Below, one piece after another: positions 46,594 to 55,501 of a stretch of 64,000 bases of DNA. Both the position numbers and the translations under genes were made by a program. A model generated the notes under the pieces. That model saw nothing but the letters and a program-made list of their open reading frames with translations. It did not search any database and was not told the origin of the DNA. Within the stretch, counting starts at the first letter, position 1; every line of letters begins with the position of its first letter. Source of the stretch: a virus; IMG/VR virus record IMGVR_UViG_3300025112_000005, positions 1-64,000 of that record. One strand, given 5' to 3'.

Positions 46594-49500
46594 GCCAGCT
46601 CGGACTCTTCAGCCACGTGGTCCAACAGGCGACGGCGAAGCCGAAGCCGAAGCCGAAGCCGAAGCCCGGGGGACACCACCACCCGCCCCCCGGCTACCAC
46701 CCCGCGCCCCGGAGCCGTAAGGGCGGCTGGACGGACGGCAAAAACTACTGGTACCCCGGCGATCCGCACCCGAAGCCCCGGGCGGCGGCAGCCGAGCCCG
46801 AGCCCACTCCGACACCGCACCCGGAGCCCGTGGCGCCTACGACACCCCCGGAGCAGGCCACCGTGTTCGGGGGCGAGCACAGCAGCGTCACGCAGGAGCC
46901 CGAGGAGACACCCGCGCCGACGGAGCCGACCCCCGCGGTGGTGGTTGAGCCCGCGGCCGAGCCCGAGCACGCCAAGCCTGACGAGCTGTGGGCAGACGAA
47001 GACGACGATTTTGACGACCCCGACGGCGACGGCTTCGATCTGTGGGACCTGATGGCCGAGGAGGGCGTGGCAGCGCCCGAGGAGCACGAGGCGGAGCTAC
47101 TACACCCCGACTGGTCGGCGGAGCCGAGCGAGCGCCCCCAGGGGCAGGCGGAGCTGGTGGGCGAGGAGGAGGAGCCCGCGGAGGAGCCCGCGGAGGAGCC
47201 CGCGGAGGAGCCGGGGACCGAGCAGGAGACTGAAGCCGACGACATGGCGCGTCGGATGCAGGAGCGGTTGAAGGAACGCGCGGCGCAAGAAGGCGCGGAG
47301 CGCGAAGCCCGTGTGGCGGCGGAAGAAGCGCAGCTCGCCGAAGAGCTGCGGCTGGCGTCCTTCGCGTATGGCTACGAGGTGCCCCAGCACGCGGTGCTGC
47401 CCCGGGAGCTGGACGAGAAGGCCCGTTACCGGCTGTGGGTGAAGGACGGCGACGCGTGGACGCGTGTCGATGAGCCGGAGGGGGTGTTTCGGCACAAAGG
47501 GGGGATGTTCCGAGGCGCTTGGGTGCGTCCCGTATGGGACCGGACGCTTGAGGCGTACGAAGGGCAGTCCCCCGTCTTCATGCCCAGCGACCGCGTTCCG
47601 GCGTCGGAGGCGTTGGGCGCGCTGATCAAGATCGGGGAGCACGAGGTCAGTCCCGACCGACCGCCGAATTTCCTGGGGTTGATCCCCGAGAAGCTGGTGC
47701 GTCGGCGCCTTGTCACGGTGGAAGACGAGGACGGGAAGCCCGTACGGGACGAAGATGGCCGGTTGGTCCAGAAAGAGGGCGCGCTGGCGGGCGCGGGTGC
47801 GTCCCGGCAATACCGGGATTACTACAGCGGCAACCTCGTTTGGGCGCACGACAACATCCAGTCCCAGGATTGCACGGACACGTGGCTGATCGAGTCGGGG
47901 TTCTACGACGCGGTGCAGGGTCCGGCGACGGGGACCGACCGGCATGGCGAGCCGATCAGCCTGTCCGACCAGCAGCGCGACCGGCGGCTGGCGGTGCTGC
48001 ACAGCAACGTCCAGGGCATCGACTGGCTGAAGCTGCGGGAGCAGAAGCACGTCAAGATCTGGGAGAAGACGCAGCGCGATTTGACGGCGTGGTGGACCAA
48101 CATCACCAACGAGCAGCGCGAGCACTTCTGGACGAACTACTGCCACCGGGACAAGCAGAACACGCTGGCGAAGACTGCGGATCCGCGCCATGAGCTGGCG
48201 GAGTTCGCCGTGCCGAAGGGCATGGAGAAGATGTCGGCGCTGCGGGGTCCCTACTGGCGGGAAGACGCCACGACCTGGGCAGACGCAGAGCACACGATCC
48301 CGTGGCACGACCGGGACCCCGACAACCCCAAGCACGGCAAGCCGTGGGACTTCCACGTCTACCAGAAGAAGGCGGCCAACTTCGTCGTGGACCATGCGCC
48401 GCGTTCCATCCTCGCGATGGAGATGGGGCTGGGCAAGACCCTAACCGCGCTGGGCGCGTTCCACGAGCTGAAGCAGCGCGGCGAAATCGACCAGATGATC
48501 GTAAGCGCCCCGGTGAGCGCGATGGGGAGCTGGGAAGAGCACTTCGGGGATCTGTCCGACGCGCGGGTGGGCATCGCGAACGGATCCAAGAAGCAGAAAG
48601 AGCGGGTCGTCCAGCAGTTCGAGCGCGGCGAGCTGGACGTGTTGGTGGTGACCACGGACGCAATCGCCATCGACATGAAGAAGGCGAAGGAGCTGGACGA
48701 GGTTCCCAAGGGCGCCAACAAGGTGACCCTCAAGATGAAGGGGAGCTATCGAGGCGCGACCTGGGAGACTTCGTTTCTCCACCGACGGACGGACGGGGAG
48801 GGTTTCTCGATATTCCCTGATACGCGCAAGCTGGCGGGGTGGGATGACATGCGTATAAGCCTGGGCAATCCGCTGGGCTACCAGAAGCACGCGCATGACG
48901 AGGAGCGAAGGCGACAGAGCGGCGGTAAGAGCTACAGCAATGCTATGGCGGAGGCCCGTCGCGCGATCTTAGAGGAAGCGCCCGAAGGGGCCACTATGCA
49001 GACGTACGACGGCTACCTGCGCAAGATGGCTGACGGCACGTGGGCCGCACCGCGCGAAGATCGGGGCGGGTGGAAGGCCGGGAGGCGTACGTCTGATTCG
49101 ATCTGTGGGCGGGGGGATCTGACGGTCTGCTCTGCCCGACACTTGTCCGGCGAGGTGAAGCGCATTCAGCTGGATGCGGGGGATGTCAAGCTCGCGTACG
49201 AGAATCCCGAATCCAACAAGGCGCGTCTCCAGGCGATGATGGAGGCCAAGGGGAAGCGGACGCTGCGCGTTGCCGACGAGCTGCACAAGTTCAAGAACCC
49301 CAACAGCAACCGCGCCCGTGGCTTCTTTGACGTGTTCACCGAGCCCGAGGGGCGGGTGATCGGAATGACCGGCACGCCCAAGCCCAACGGGATGCAGGAC
49401 TTTTACACCATCATGGACCACGTGGCACCCGGCAGCCTGGGCGACACCTACGCCGATTTCTCGGAGCGGTACAGCTACCGTTACCGGGCGTTCGGGGCGG

Positions 49501-50555
49501 ACAAGGTGGCGGGGCTCCGGCCCGAGCAGTTGCCGAAGCTGTACGAGGACAGCGCGCACGTGATGTTCGTGCGGACCACCAACGACCCGGACAGCAAGAT
49601 CATCTTGCCCAAGCGCCGCGACCTGTCCCCGTCGATCCCCCTGTCCGATTTTCAGGAGAAGGTCACGACGGCCTTTGGCGAGTGGGTCGCGGTGAAGCGC
49701 GTGATCCAGATCCTCGGCAACCGGGAGAACCCCGGGCCGGAGTACGAGGCGGCCGTGGAGAAGCTGGCGGCGGCTGAGCGCGGAGACATGGGGAGCGTTG
49801 CCCAGGTGGCCGCGTCGGGGGCGCATACGGACGCGCAGGTAATGCTGATGCGTGCTCAGCAGCTTGCGATCAGCCCGTCGTTGCTGTCCCCCGCCTGGGG
49901 CGAGGCAAACCCGGGGTATGAGTCGCCGAAGACGAAGCTGGTGGCCGATTCGTTTCAAGAGCACATGAGCCAGCAGCCCAGCACGGGCGGCGTGATCTTC
50001 TGCACGTTCAACGACGGAATCGCGGAGATGCAGCGGGCGTTGGTCCGGCGCGGGTTCCGTGAAGACCAGATCGCCGTCTACAAAGGCGGCGTGACGCCCA
50101 AGAAGCGCGCGGAGATCCAGAAGAAGCTGAACAGCGGCGAGCTGAAGGTGGTGCTGGGCAACTCGGCGTCCCTACAGACCGGCGCAAACATGCAGAAACG
50201 CGCCAATTTTGTGGCGCACCTGTCGACCCCGTGGGCTCCCGACGCACTCACGCAGAGCACGGCGCGCGTGTACCGGCAGGGGCAGCAGAACGTCACCACG
50301 ATCCTGCGCCCCGTGGGGTCCGACGCGGAGGCGCTGGTGGAGCGGGTGGTCAGTCGCAAGCTAATGGAGGCGGGGCAGGCGACCGGCAAGACGATGGCGG
50401 CGGACAAGGCGGTGGCGGAGACTGTCCGCGGGGCCAAGCTGGACGCCGCATCAATCGCGAAGGTGCTGGGCATCGACCCCGCGAACTTCGGCAGCGAAGA
50501 GCTGACCGACGCGCTTCGTGAGGAGCTGGGCATGGAGCTTCCCGAGGAGGATTGA
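46590..50555 (+). CDS. Giant modular protein 5: SNF2-family helicase (DarB-like role)
   Basis: YQKKA, EMGLGKT, DELHKFKN, MTGTP, SPK, TGANMQ, PW.P, QSTARVYRQGQ; N-terminal QLGLF and GYHPAPRSRKGGWTDGKNYWY tag. Confidence 0.9.
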   Translation: MSQLGLFSHVVQQATAKPKPKPKPKPGGHHHPPPGYHPAPRSRKGGWTDGKNYWYPGDPHPKPRAAAAEPEPTPTPHPEPVAPTTPPEQATVFGGEHSSVTQEPEETPAPTEPTPAVVVEPAAEPEHAKPDELWADEDDDFDDPDGDGFDLWDLMAEEGVAAPEEHEAELLHPDWSAEPSERPQGQAELVGEEEEPAEEPAEEPAEEPGTEQETEADDMARRMQERLKERAAQEGAEREARVAAEEAQLAEELRLASFAYGYEVPQHAVLPRELDEKARYRLWVKDGDAWTRVDEPEGVFRHKGGMFRGAWVRPVWDRTLEAYEGQSPVFMPSDRVPASEALGALIKIGEHEVSPDRPPNFLGLIPEKLVRRRLVTVEDEDGKPVRDEDGRLVQKEGALAGAGASRQYRDYYSGNLVWAHDNIQSQDCTDTWLIESGFYDAVQGPATGTDRHGEPISLSDQQRDRRLAVLHSNVQGIDWLKLREQKHVKIWEKTQRDLTAWWTNITNEQREHFWTNYCHRDKQNTLAKTADPRHELAEFAVPKGMEKMSALRGPYWREDATTWADAEHTIPWHDRDPDNPKHGKPWDFHVYQKKAANFVVDHAPRSILAMEMGLGKTLTALGAFHELKQRGEIDQMIVSAPVSAMGSWEEHFGDLSDARVGIANGSKKQKERVVQQFERGELDVLVVTTDAIAIDMKKAKELDEVPKGANKVTLKMKGSYRGATWETSFLHRRTDGEGFSIFPDTRKLAGWDDMRISLGNPLGYQKHAHDEERRRQSGGKSYSNAMAEARRAILEEAPEGATMQTYDGYLRKMADGTWAAPREDRGGWKAGRRTSDSICGRGDLTVCSARHLSGEVKRIQLDAGDVKLAYENPESNKARLQAMMEAKGKRTLRVADELHKFKNPNSNRARGFFDVFTEPEGRVIGMTGTPKPNGMQDFYTIMDHVAPGSLGDTYADFSERYSYRYRAFGADKVAGLRPEQLPKLYEDSAHVMFVRTTNDPDSKIILPKRRDLSPSIPLSDFQEKVTTAFGEWVAVKRVIQILGNRENPGPEYEAAVEKLAAAERGDMGSVAQVAASGAHTDAQVMLMRAQQLAISPSLLSPAWGEANPGYESPKTKLVADSFQEHMSQQPSTGGVIFCTFNDGIAEMQRALVRRGFREDQIAVYKGGVTPKKRAEIQKKLNSGELKVVLGNSASLQTGANMQKRANFVAHLSTPWAPDALTQSTARVYRQGQQNVTTILRPVGSDAEALVERVVSRKLMEAGQATGKTMAADKAVAETVRGAKLDAASIAKVLGIDPANFGSEELTDALREELGMELPEED

Positions 50556-50556
50556 C

Positions 50557-50760
50557 ATGGACACAGATCTGACCCCCCAAGAGGCTACGGAGCTGCTTCG
50601 GATGCTCTGCCCCGTCGGCGGGATGAACCCCGCGGAGCCGGAGCCCGTGGAGCGCGCGCGGTTGTGCCGGCGCCTCTACGACCACATCAAGGCGGACAAC
50701 GGGCTGGTGCCCAACTGGCTCAAGCACGACGTGTCCAACATCGTCGGCCCCGCTGCGTGA
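50557..50760 (+). CDS. Small hypothetical protein
   Basis: GGAGG RBS; stop overlaps the next start. Confidence 0.55.
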   Translation: MDTDLTPQEATELLRMLCPVGGMNPAEPEPVERARLCRRLYDHIKADNGLVPNWLKHDVSNIVGPAA

Positions 50761-53700
50761 GCAGCGGACCCTTCATCGGCCCCCGGGGCGGGAAGTGGGC
50801 AGACGCCCAGCACACCGTCCCGTGGCATAGCTCCGAGGGGCGCGACCGGAGGCAGACCAGCCTGCTGGGCGCGGACGACGAGGGCACCAAGCGAAAGAAG
50901 CCCCTGCAACGACTGCGTGAGGGGGAGGTGATGGCGTTCCTCCAATCGCACGGGCACCGAGCGGGGAGCCATGCGGAACCGGGCGGTCACGGAGAGAGCG
51001 GGGTCCACACGCGCCAGCACTCCCGGCAGCAGGTCGAGGTGCGGCACGTCGAGTCACACCACCGGGACCACACGGGGCGCATCCAGCTCCCGGGGGGGGA
51101 GCACGAGGCTCTGAAGAAGCACGAGGCCCGCCAGCACGCCAAGGTGGTGGAGAAGCTGAAGGCTGCGGGGTATCACGTGCGCACGGACGCCGTGGGGCGG
51201 ACGCTGGTCGGTCGGCGAGGGGGAGCGCCCGAGCACGGCCCCCAGCGTGTGCAGGCGGCGAGGCCGAAGAAGAAGCTGGAGCTGGTGGTGGACAACACGC
51301 AGCCGGGGCTGTTCAAGTCGATGGTGGTCCGAGCGCTGTGCAAGGCGCAGGGAGGCCCTTTCATCGGCCCCCGCGGCGGCAAGTGGGCGAACGCCCAGCA
51401 CACGGTCCCGTGGAAGCCCAGCGGCGGGGTGTTGCGGGTGGACGCGGCCCTTGTCCGTGAGACTGTGGACGGGTGGTTTTCTGACTTGCGAGCGATGCCG
51501 GGACAATCCCGGTCGTCCATGATCGAGTACACCCAGGCGGACGGGGCAAAGCGTCGCGCGGTGGCACAGATCGTTGTAGAGGCGAGCACGGGCGATCCGC
51601 GAGGCGTGAAGGGCATCCACCATTACCGGACCACGGGGCAGGGGGGGATGCACAAGGTCGTTGTGCACATCAGTATGCGAAAGCTGGCGGGGAAGATTGA
51701 TACAGCCAAGGAGGCGGTGCGTTCCGTTCTTGCGCACGAGCTGACACACGCGGCCGACGTAGGGCTCCAGAAACGCGCAGAGCGACGCGCACGTGCTCAT
51801 TTCTCAGGGGACAGTAAGGGCGCCGAGCGTCTGAGGGCGAGGGACCATAGCGACGGGTCGGCCAACTACTTCAACCAACCGCATGAAGTCACAGCGAAGA
51901 TGCAGCAGATTCAGCGGGAGTTGTTGGACCCGGGTGTGGGGGGCGCGCTGGTCGAGGATGCAAAAAACCACGCGGACGACCCAGACAACCCGCCGCCGAT
52001 GACGCCCGCGCAACTGCTTGAGTGGGAGAGCCCCTCCTGGGGTGAGGTGAAAGAGCACTATACCCCCGAGAACAAGAAGCGTGTGCTGCGTATGGTGGCG
52101 AAAACCCATGCAGCGCTTTTGTCGGGAGAACTGGAGCCTGTGAAGAAGGCGGGGCCGTTCTCCTACATGGTGCTGGACGCGCTGGCGAAGGCCGCGAAGG
52201 GCGAGAGGCGGCAGGGCGCGAAGTACATTCGGCGCGTGCCCAAGCCCGGGGGCGGCTACCGCTACTACTACGCGGAAAGCAGCGCGGCGCGGTCGGCGAC
52301 CGAGGGCGAGGACGTGCGGCTGGGCGACAAGCTGACCCGGGTCCACAAGGTCCATGCGCACGGTATTGAGATCGAAGACGAGAAGGGCAAGCGCACAGTC
52401 TCGCACGACGAGTGGTCCCACATGCTGCACGAGCATTACGGCTCGCGCTTCTACGAGTGGGCAGAGAAGCGCGCGCGGCAGTACGCGGGCGCGGTGCTCA
52501 AGCACGTTCCCGCGGAGCTGTTCAACGAGCTGAAGGGCGAGACCGACGCCGAGCGCATGGCGGACCTGAAAACCCGGCTGCCCGACGTGCACGCGAAGCT
52601 GGAGAAGGCGTTTTCGCGCGCGGGCGTCAGTCCCGAGGATGCGCACCGCGCTATCTCGCACGTGCTGGAGCGCAAGGGGTGGACGGGCGGCGCCCGGCAA
52701 ACGCTCCTGGGGTCGATGCTCAACCGCGAGACGGCGTGGACCGTTCGGCACTACCGGAGGCTGAGCAAGGCCGCGGAGAACTTGGCGAAGGCCGACGGCG
52801 CGGAGCTGGTCGACCAGAAGCATGTTGCGGCGGCCATCGCGTTGCCGCGCACGGCGACGGCGATGGACCGCGTGGTCAACCGCGCGACGGCGGAGATGCA
52901 CCACATTCGCGCGGTGCTGAAGCTCCAGCTAACCCCGGGGGAGAAGAAGGAGGAGCAGGGCGCGCTGGCGCTGGACACGAAGATGTCCGCTGAGGCGCTG
53001 GCAAAAGTGCGCGCGGCGCACATGATCGGCCAGCTCTCTGTGATGGCTCAAGCGTTCCCGGGGCTGGCGTCGGATCCGGCCATGCAGCAGCTTCGTGTGC
53101 TGCTGGGCAGCCTTCAGTCCGTGGCTCCGCGCACGGAGCCGACGGCGAAGGGCGCGCAGACCACGGTGTACGTCGCGGGCGAATTCGGTTCCCCCGAGCC
53201 CATGACCGCGGAGTACGCGCTGGTCGACGCGGCCGAACTGACTGCGAGCCACGACCCCGTGACGTTCGCGCAGAACGAGGCGCACGACATCGGCAACGAG
53301 CGCGCGTATCACCGCGACAAGGCCGAGCGGGCGAAGGTGATCAAGAACGCCGAAGACCTGAAGCCGGATCTGGTGATCAACACCAACCCGGACGCGACCA
53401 ACGGCGCCCCCATCGTGGACGAAAACGGGGTGGTGTTGGGGGGCAACTCGCGCACCATGTCCATGCAGCGCGTTTACCGGATGGGAGGCGCCCAGGCGGC
53501 GGACCTGAAGGGGTACCTGAAGGGACAGGCGCGACAGTTCGGGTTCAAGCCCGGCGACGTGGAGGCGATGGCCCAGCCGATCCTCGTGCGGAAGGTCCAG
53601 CCCCACGACGACGACCACAAGCGGCTTCTGGTGCGCCAGCTCAACGAGACGTTCATGCAGGCGATGGATCCGCGCACGATGGCGGTCGCGCAGGCGGCGC

Positions 53701-55166
53701 GGCTGGACGACAAGGCGCTGGAGGCGCTGGCCACCGACATGGGGCCGGACAAGACGCTGGCGGCGTTCCTGGGGGCGAAGGCATCTGACGGGTTCGTGAA
53801 CCAGCTCAAGCGCGCGGGCGTGATCAGCGCCCAGAACCAGAACGCGTACATTCGCAAAAACGGGCGGCTCAACGAGAACGGCCGGCAGCTCGTGGAGAAC
53901 GTGCTGGTGGGGAAGGTCGTCGGCGACGCGGACCTGCTGGTGGACCTGCCCCAGCCGCTTGTTGGGGCGCTCGCGCGTGCCGTGCCGTACATGGTGCAGG
54001 CGGAAGGGGCAGGGGCGGCGTACAACATCCGTAGTGAGCTGAAGCACGCGCTGGAGGCGTACACCGACATCAAGAACCGGCCTGAGTTCGGCATCCCGAA
54101 GAGCAAGAAGGAAGCAGCGGCGGTGCTGGAGTCGTGGAAGCGACTCGGCGGAGGGCTCTTTGAGGGTCACGAGGTGTTCAAGAACCCGCGCAGCATGGCG
54201 ATCCTGAACACCCTGTTCACGCAAGCCGGCCCGCGGCAGATGGCCGCCGTGTTCCGCAAGTACGCGGAGGCGGCGGGGCATCAAGAGGCGGGTGGCGGCG
54301 AGGGGCTGGGCTTCTACGAGAAGAAGACCCCCGACGACGTGTTCGGAGAAGCGTTCGGCCGGGCGGAGGACGAAGAGGCGGCGCAGGAGAAGGCCAAGGC
54401 CGCGCGTGAGAAGCACGTGGAGGAGACCAAAGCAGAGGCCAAGAAGAAGGCCAAGGCGAAGGCGGAGCGCGAGGCCCAGAAGGAAGGGCCGCGAAAACTG
54501 TCTGACCTGCCCCACGTGAGAGACGACCCGTGGGACGATGGGACGACGGTTGTTTTTCGACAAAGCCCGTTCCCCAAAGGGGACAAGCCCGCTATTTCAA
54601 GCAAGCTGATCAGCTCCGCGAAGGTCGAAAGCGTGAAGCTGGCGGACCTTCAGGGCTCACAGACCGAGATCACAGAGGTCGGGGTAGAGAAGCACGCGAA
54701 GGCCCCCGACGCGACCACACCGACAAGCGAGCTACCCGTGGTTATTCGTACAGCGGACGGGAAGCACATTATTCAGGACGGGCACCACCGGCTTGCGGCG
54801 GCTGTTTTGCGGGGAGATAAAGACGCCCGTGTGCGCGTGGCGGTCGAGCCCGGTGCCAAAGAAGCGCCCGCGCCGAAGGTTGAGCCCGAGGCGCCCGCGG
54901 TCGATCACGCGGCCAAGGCCGAGGAGCACGACATCGCGGCGGAGAACATGCCCGGCAAGTACCCCGGGCACGCGTGGACGAGCACGAAGGAAGCGGCCCA
55001 GGACGCGCACACCGCGGCGGAGAAGGCGCACCAGAAGGCGCACGCGAGCCCGACCGCGGAGAACAAAGCAGCAGCAGCGGCGGCGACCAAGAAGGCCGAG
55101 GAAGCGGACGCGGCTTCGGAGAAGGAAGAGGCGGACGCGGCAGCGTCGCAGGGCGGGTTGTTCTGA
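50757..55166 (+). CDS. Giant modular protein 6: zincin + DdrB-like ParB + second ParB/Srx domain
   Basis: AHELTH...YFNQPHE; YALVDA.EL.ASHD...ER.Y...NGAPIVD..GVVLGGNSRTM; LPVV...IQDGHHR; GTG start 50757; C-terminal QGGLF. Confidence 0.85.
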   Translation: MSSGPFIGPRGGKWADAQHTVPWHSSEGRDRRQTSLLGADDEGTKRKKPLQRLREGEVMAFLQSHGHRAGSHAEPGGHGESGVHTRQHSRQQVEVRHVESHHRDHTGRIQLPGGEHEALKKHEARQHAKVVEKLKAAGYHVRTDAVGRTLVGRRGGAPEHGPQRVQAARPKKKLELVVDNTQPGLFKSMVVRALCKAQGGPFIGPRGGKWANAQHTVPWKPSGGVLRVDAALVRETVDGWFSDLRAMPGQSRSSMIEYTQADGAKRRAVAQIVVEASTGDPRGVKGIHHYRTTGQGGMHKVVVHISMRKLAGKIDTAKEAVRSVLAHELTHAADVGLQKRAERRARAHFSGDSKGAERLRARDHSDGSANYFNQPHEVTAKMQQIQRELLDPGVGGALVEDAKNHADDPDNPPPMTPAQLLEWESPSWGEVKEHYTPENKKRVLRMVAKTHAALLSGELEPVKKAGPFSYMVLDALAKAAKGERRQGAKYIRRVPKPGGGYRYYYAESSAARSATEGEDVRLGDKLTRVHKVHAHGIEIEDEKGKRTVSHDEWSHMLHEHYGSRFYEWAEKRARQYAGAVLKHVPAELFNELKGETDAERMADLKTRLPDVHAKLEKAFSRAGVSPEDAHRAISHVLERKGWTGGARQTLLGSMLNRETAWTVRHYRRLSKAAENLAKADGAELVDQKHVAAAIALPRTATAMDRVVNRATAEMHHIRAVLKLQLTPGEKKEEQGALALDTKMSAEALAKVRAAHMIGQLSVMAQAFPGLASDPAMQQLRVLLGSLQSVAPRTEPTAKGAQTTVYVAGEFGSPEPMTAEYALVDAAELTASHDPVTFAQNEAHDIGNERAYHRDKAERAKVIKNAEDLKPDLVINTNPDATNGAPIVDENGVVLGGNSRTMSMQRVYRMGGAQAADLKGYLKGQARQFGFKPGDVEAMAQPILVRKVQPHDDDHKRLLVRQLNETFMQAMDPRTMAVAQAARLDDKALEALATDMGPDKTLAAFLGAKASDGFVNQLKRAGVISAQNQNAYIRKNGRLNENGRQLVENVLVGKVVGDADLLVDLPQPLVGALARAVPYMVQAEGAGAAYNIRSELKHALEAYTDIKNRPEFGIPKSKKEAAAVLESWKRLGGGLFEGHEVFKNPRSMAILNTLFTQAGPRQMAAVFRKYAEAAGHQEAGGGEGLGFYEKKTPDDVFGEAFGRAEDEEAAQEKAKAAREKHVEETKAEAKKKAKAKAEREAQKEGPRKLSDLPHVRDDPWDDGTTVVFRQSPFPKGDKPAISSKLISSAKVESVKLADLQGSQTEITEVGVEKHAKAPDATTPTSELPVVIRTADGKHIIQDGHHRLAAAVLRGDKDARVRVAVEPGAKEAPAPKVEPEAPAVDHAAKAEEHDIAAENMPGKYPGHAWTSTKEAAQDAHTAAEKAHQKAHASPTAENKAAAAAATKKAEEADAASEKEEADAAASQGGLF

Positions 55167-55501
55167 TGCGGGTGGGACTGAGTGAGAGCTACCCCGGGGA
55201 GTTGGAGGAGCTGGGACCGCTGGGGGTCATGCAGAAGGCCGAGGCGGGGCTCCATGCAGCGCTGCGCGACCTGGGGCACCCCGAAGCCGCTGCTGCGCTG
55301 GCGGGGCGTCTGGATGCACTTCTCGACGCTGAGCGGGCGCTGACCGACGTGTACGAGGCGGGGGAGCTGCGAAAGGCGCTCCCACCGCGCGGGGGCGAGC
55401 TGGACGTGGTGCAGATGCTCGCCGACCGGATGGGGGGCGCGTACGACGCGATGGCCGCGCGCTTGGAGAAGCGGCTACGGGAAGCGGTCGACCGTGGCTG
55501 A
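55166..55501 (+). CDS. Small head-module protein
   Basis: ATG overlaps the upstream stop; contains MQKA and LRKA. Confidence 0.6.
   Translation: MRVGLSESYPGELEELGPLGVMQKAEAGLHAALRDLGHPEAAAALAGRLDALLDAERALTDVYEAGELRKALPPRGGELDVVQMLADRMGGAYDAMAARLEKRLREAVDRG

Noticed and set aside
48670-49260. Intein in the SNF2 helicase
   Set aside because: No N-terminal Cys/Ser block, no C-terminal HN, no LAGLIDADG motifs
22072-54563. Long minus-strand ORFs opposite the late genes (e.g. 22072..24777, 44116..46080, 52929..54563)
   Set aside because: Shadow ORFs with no motifs and Arg/Pro/Leu-biased composition
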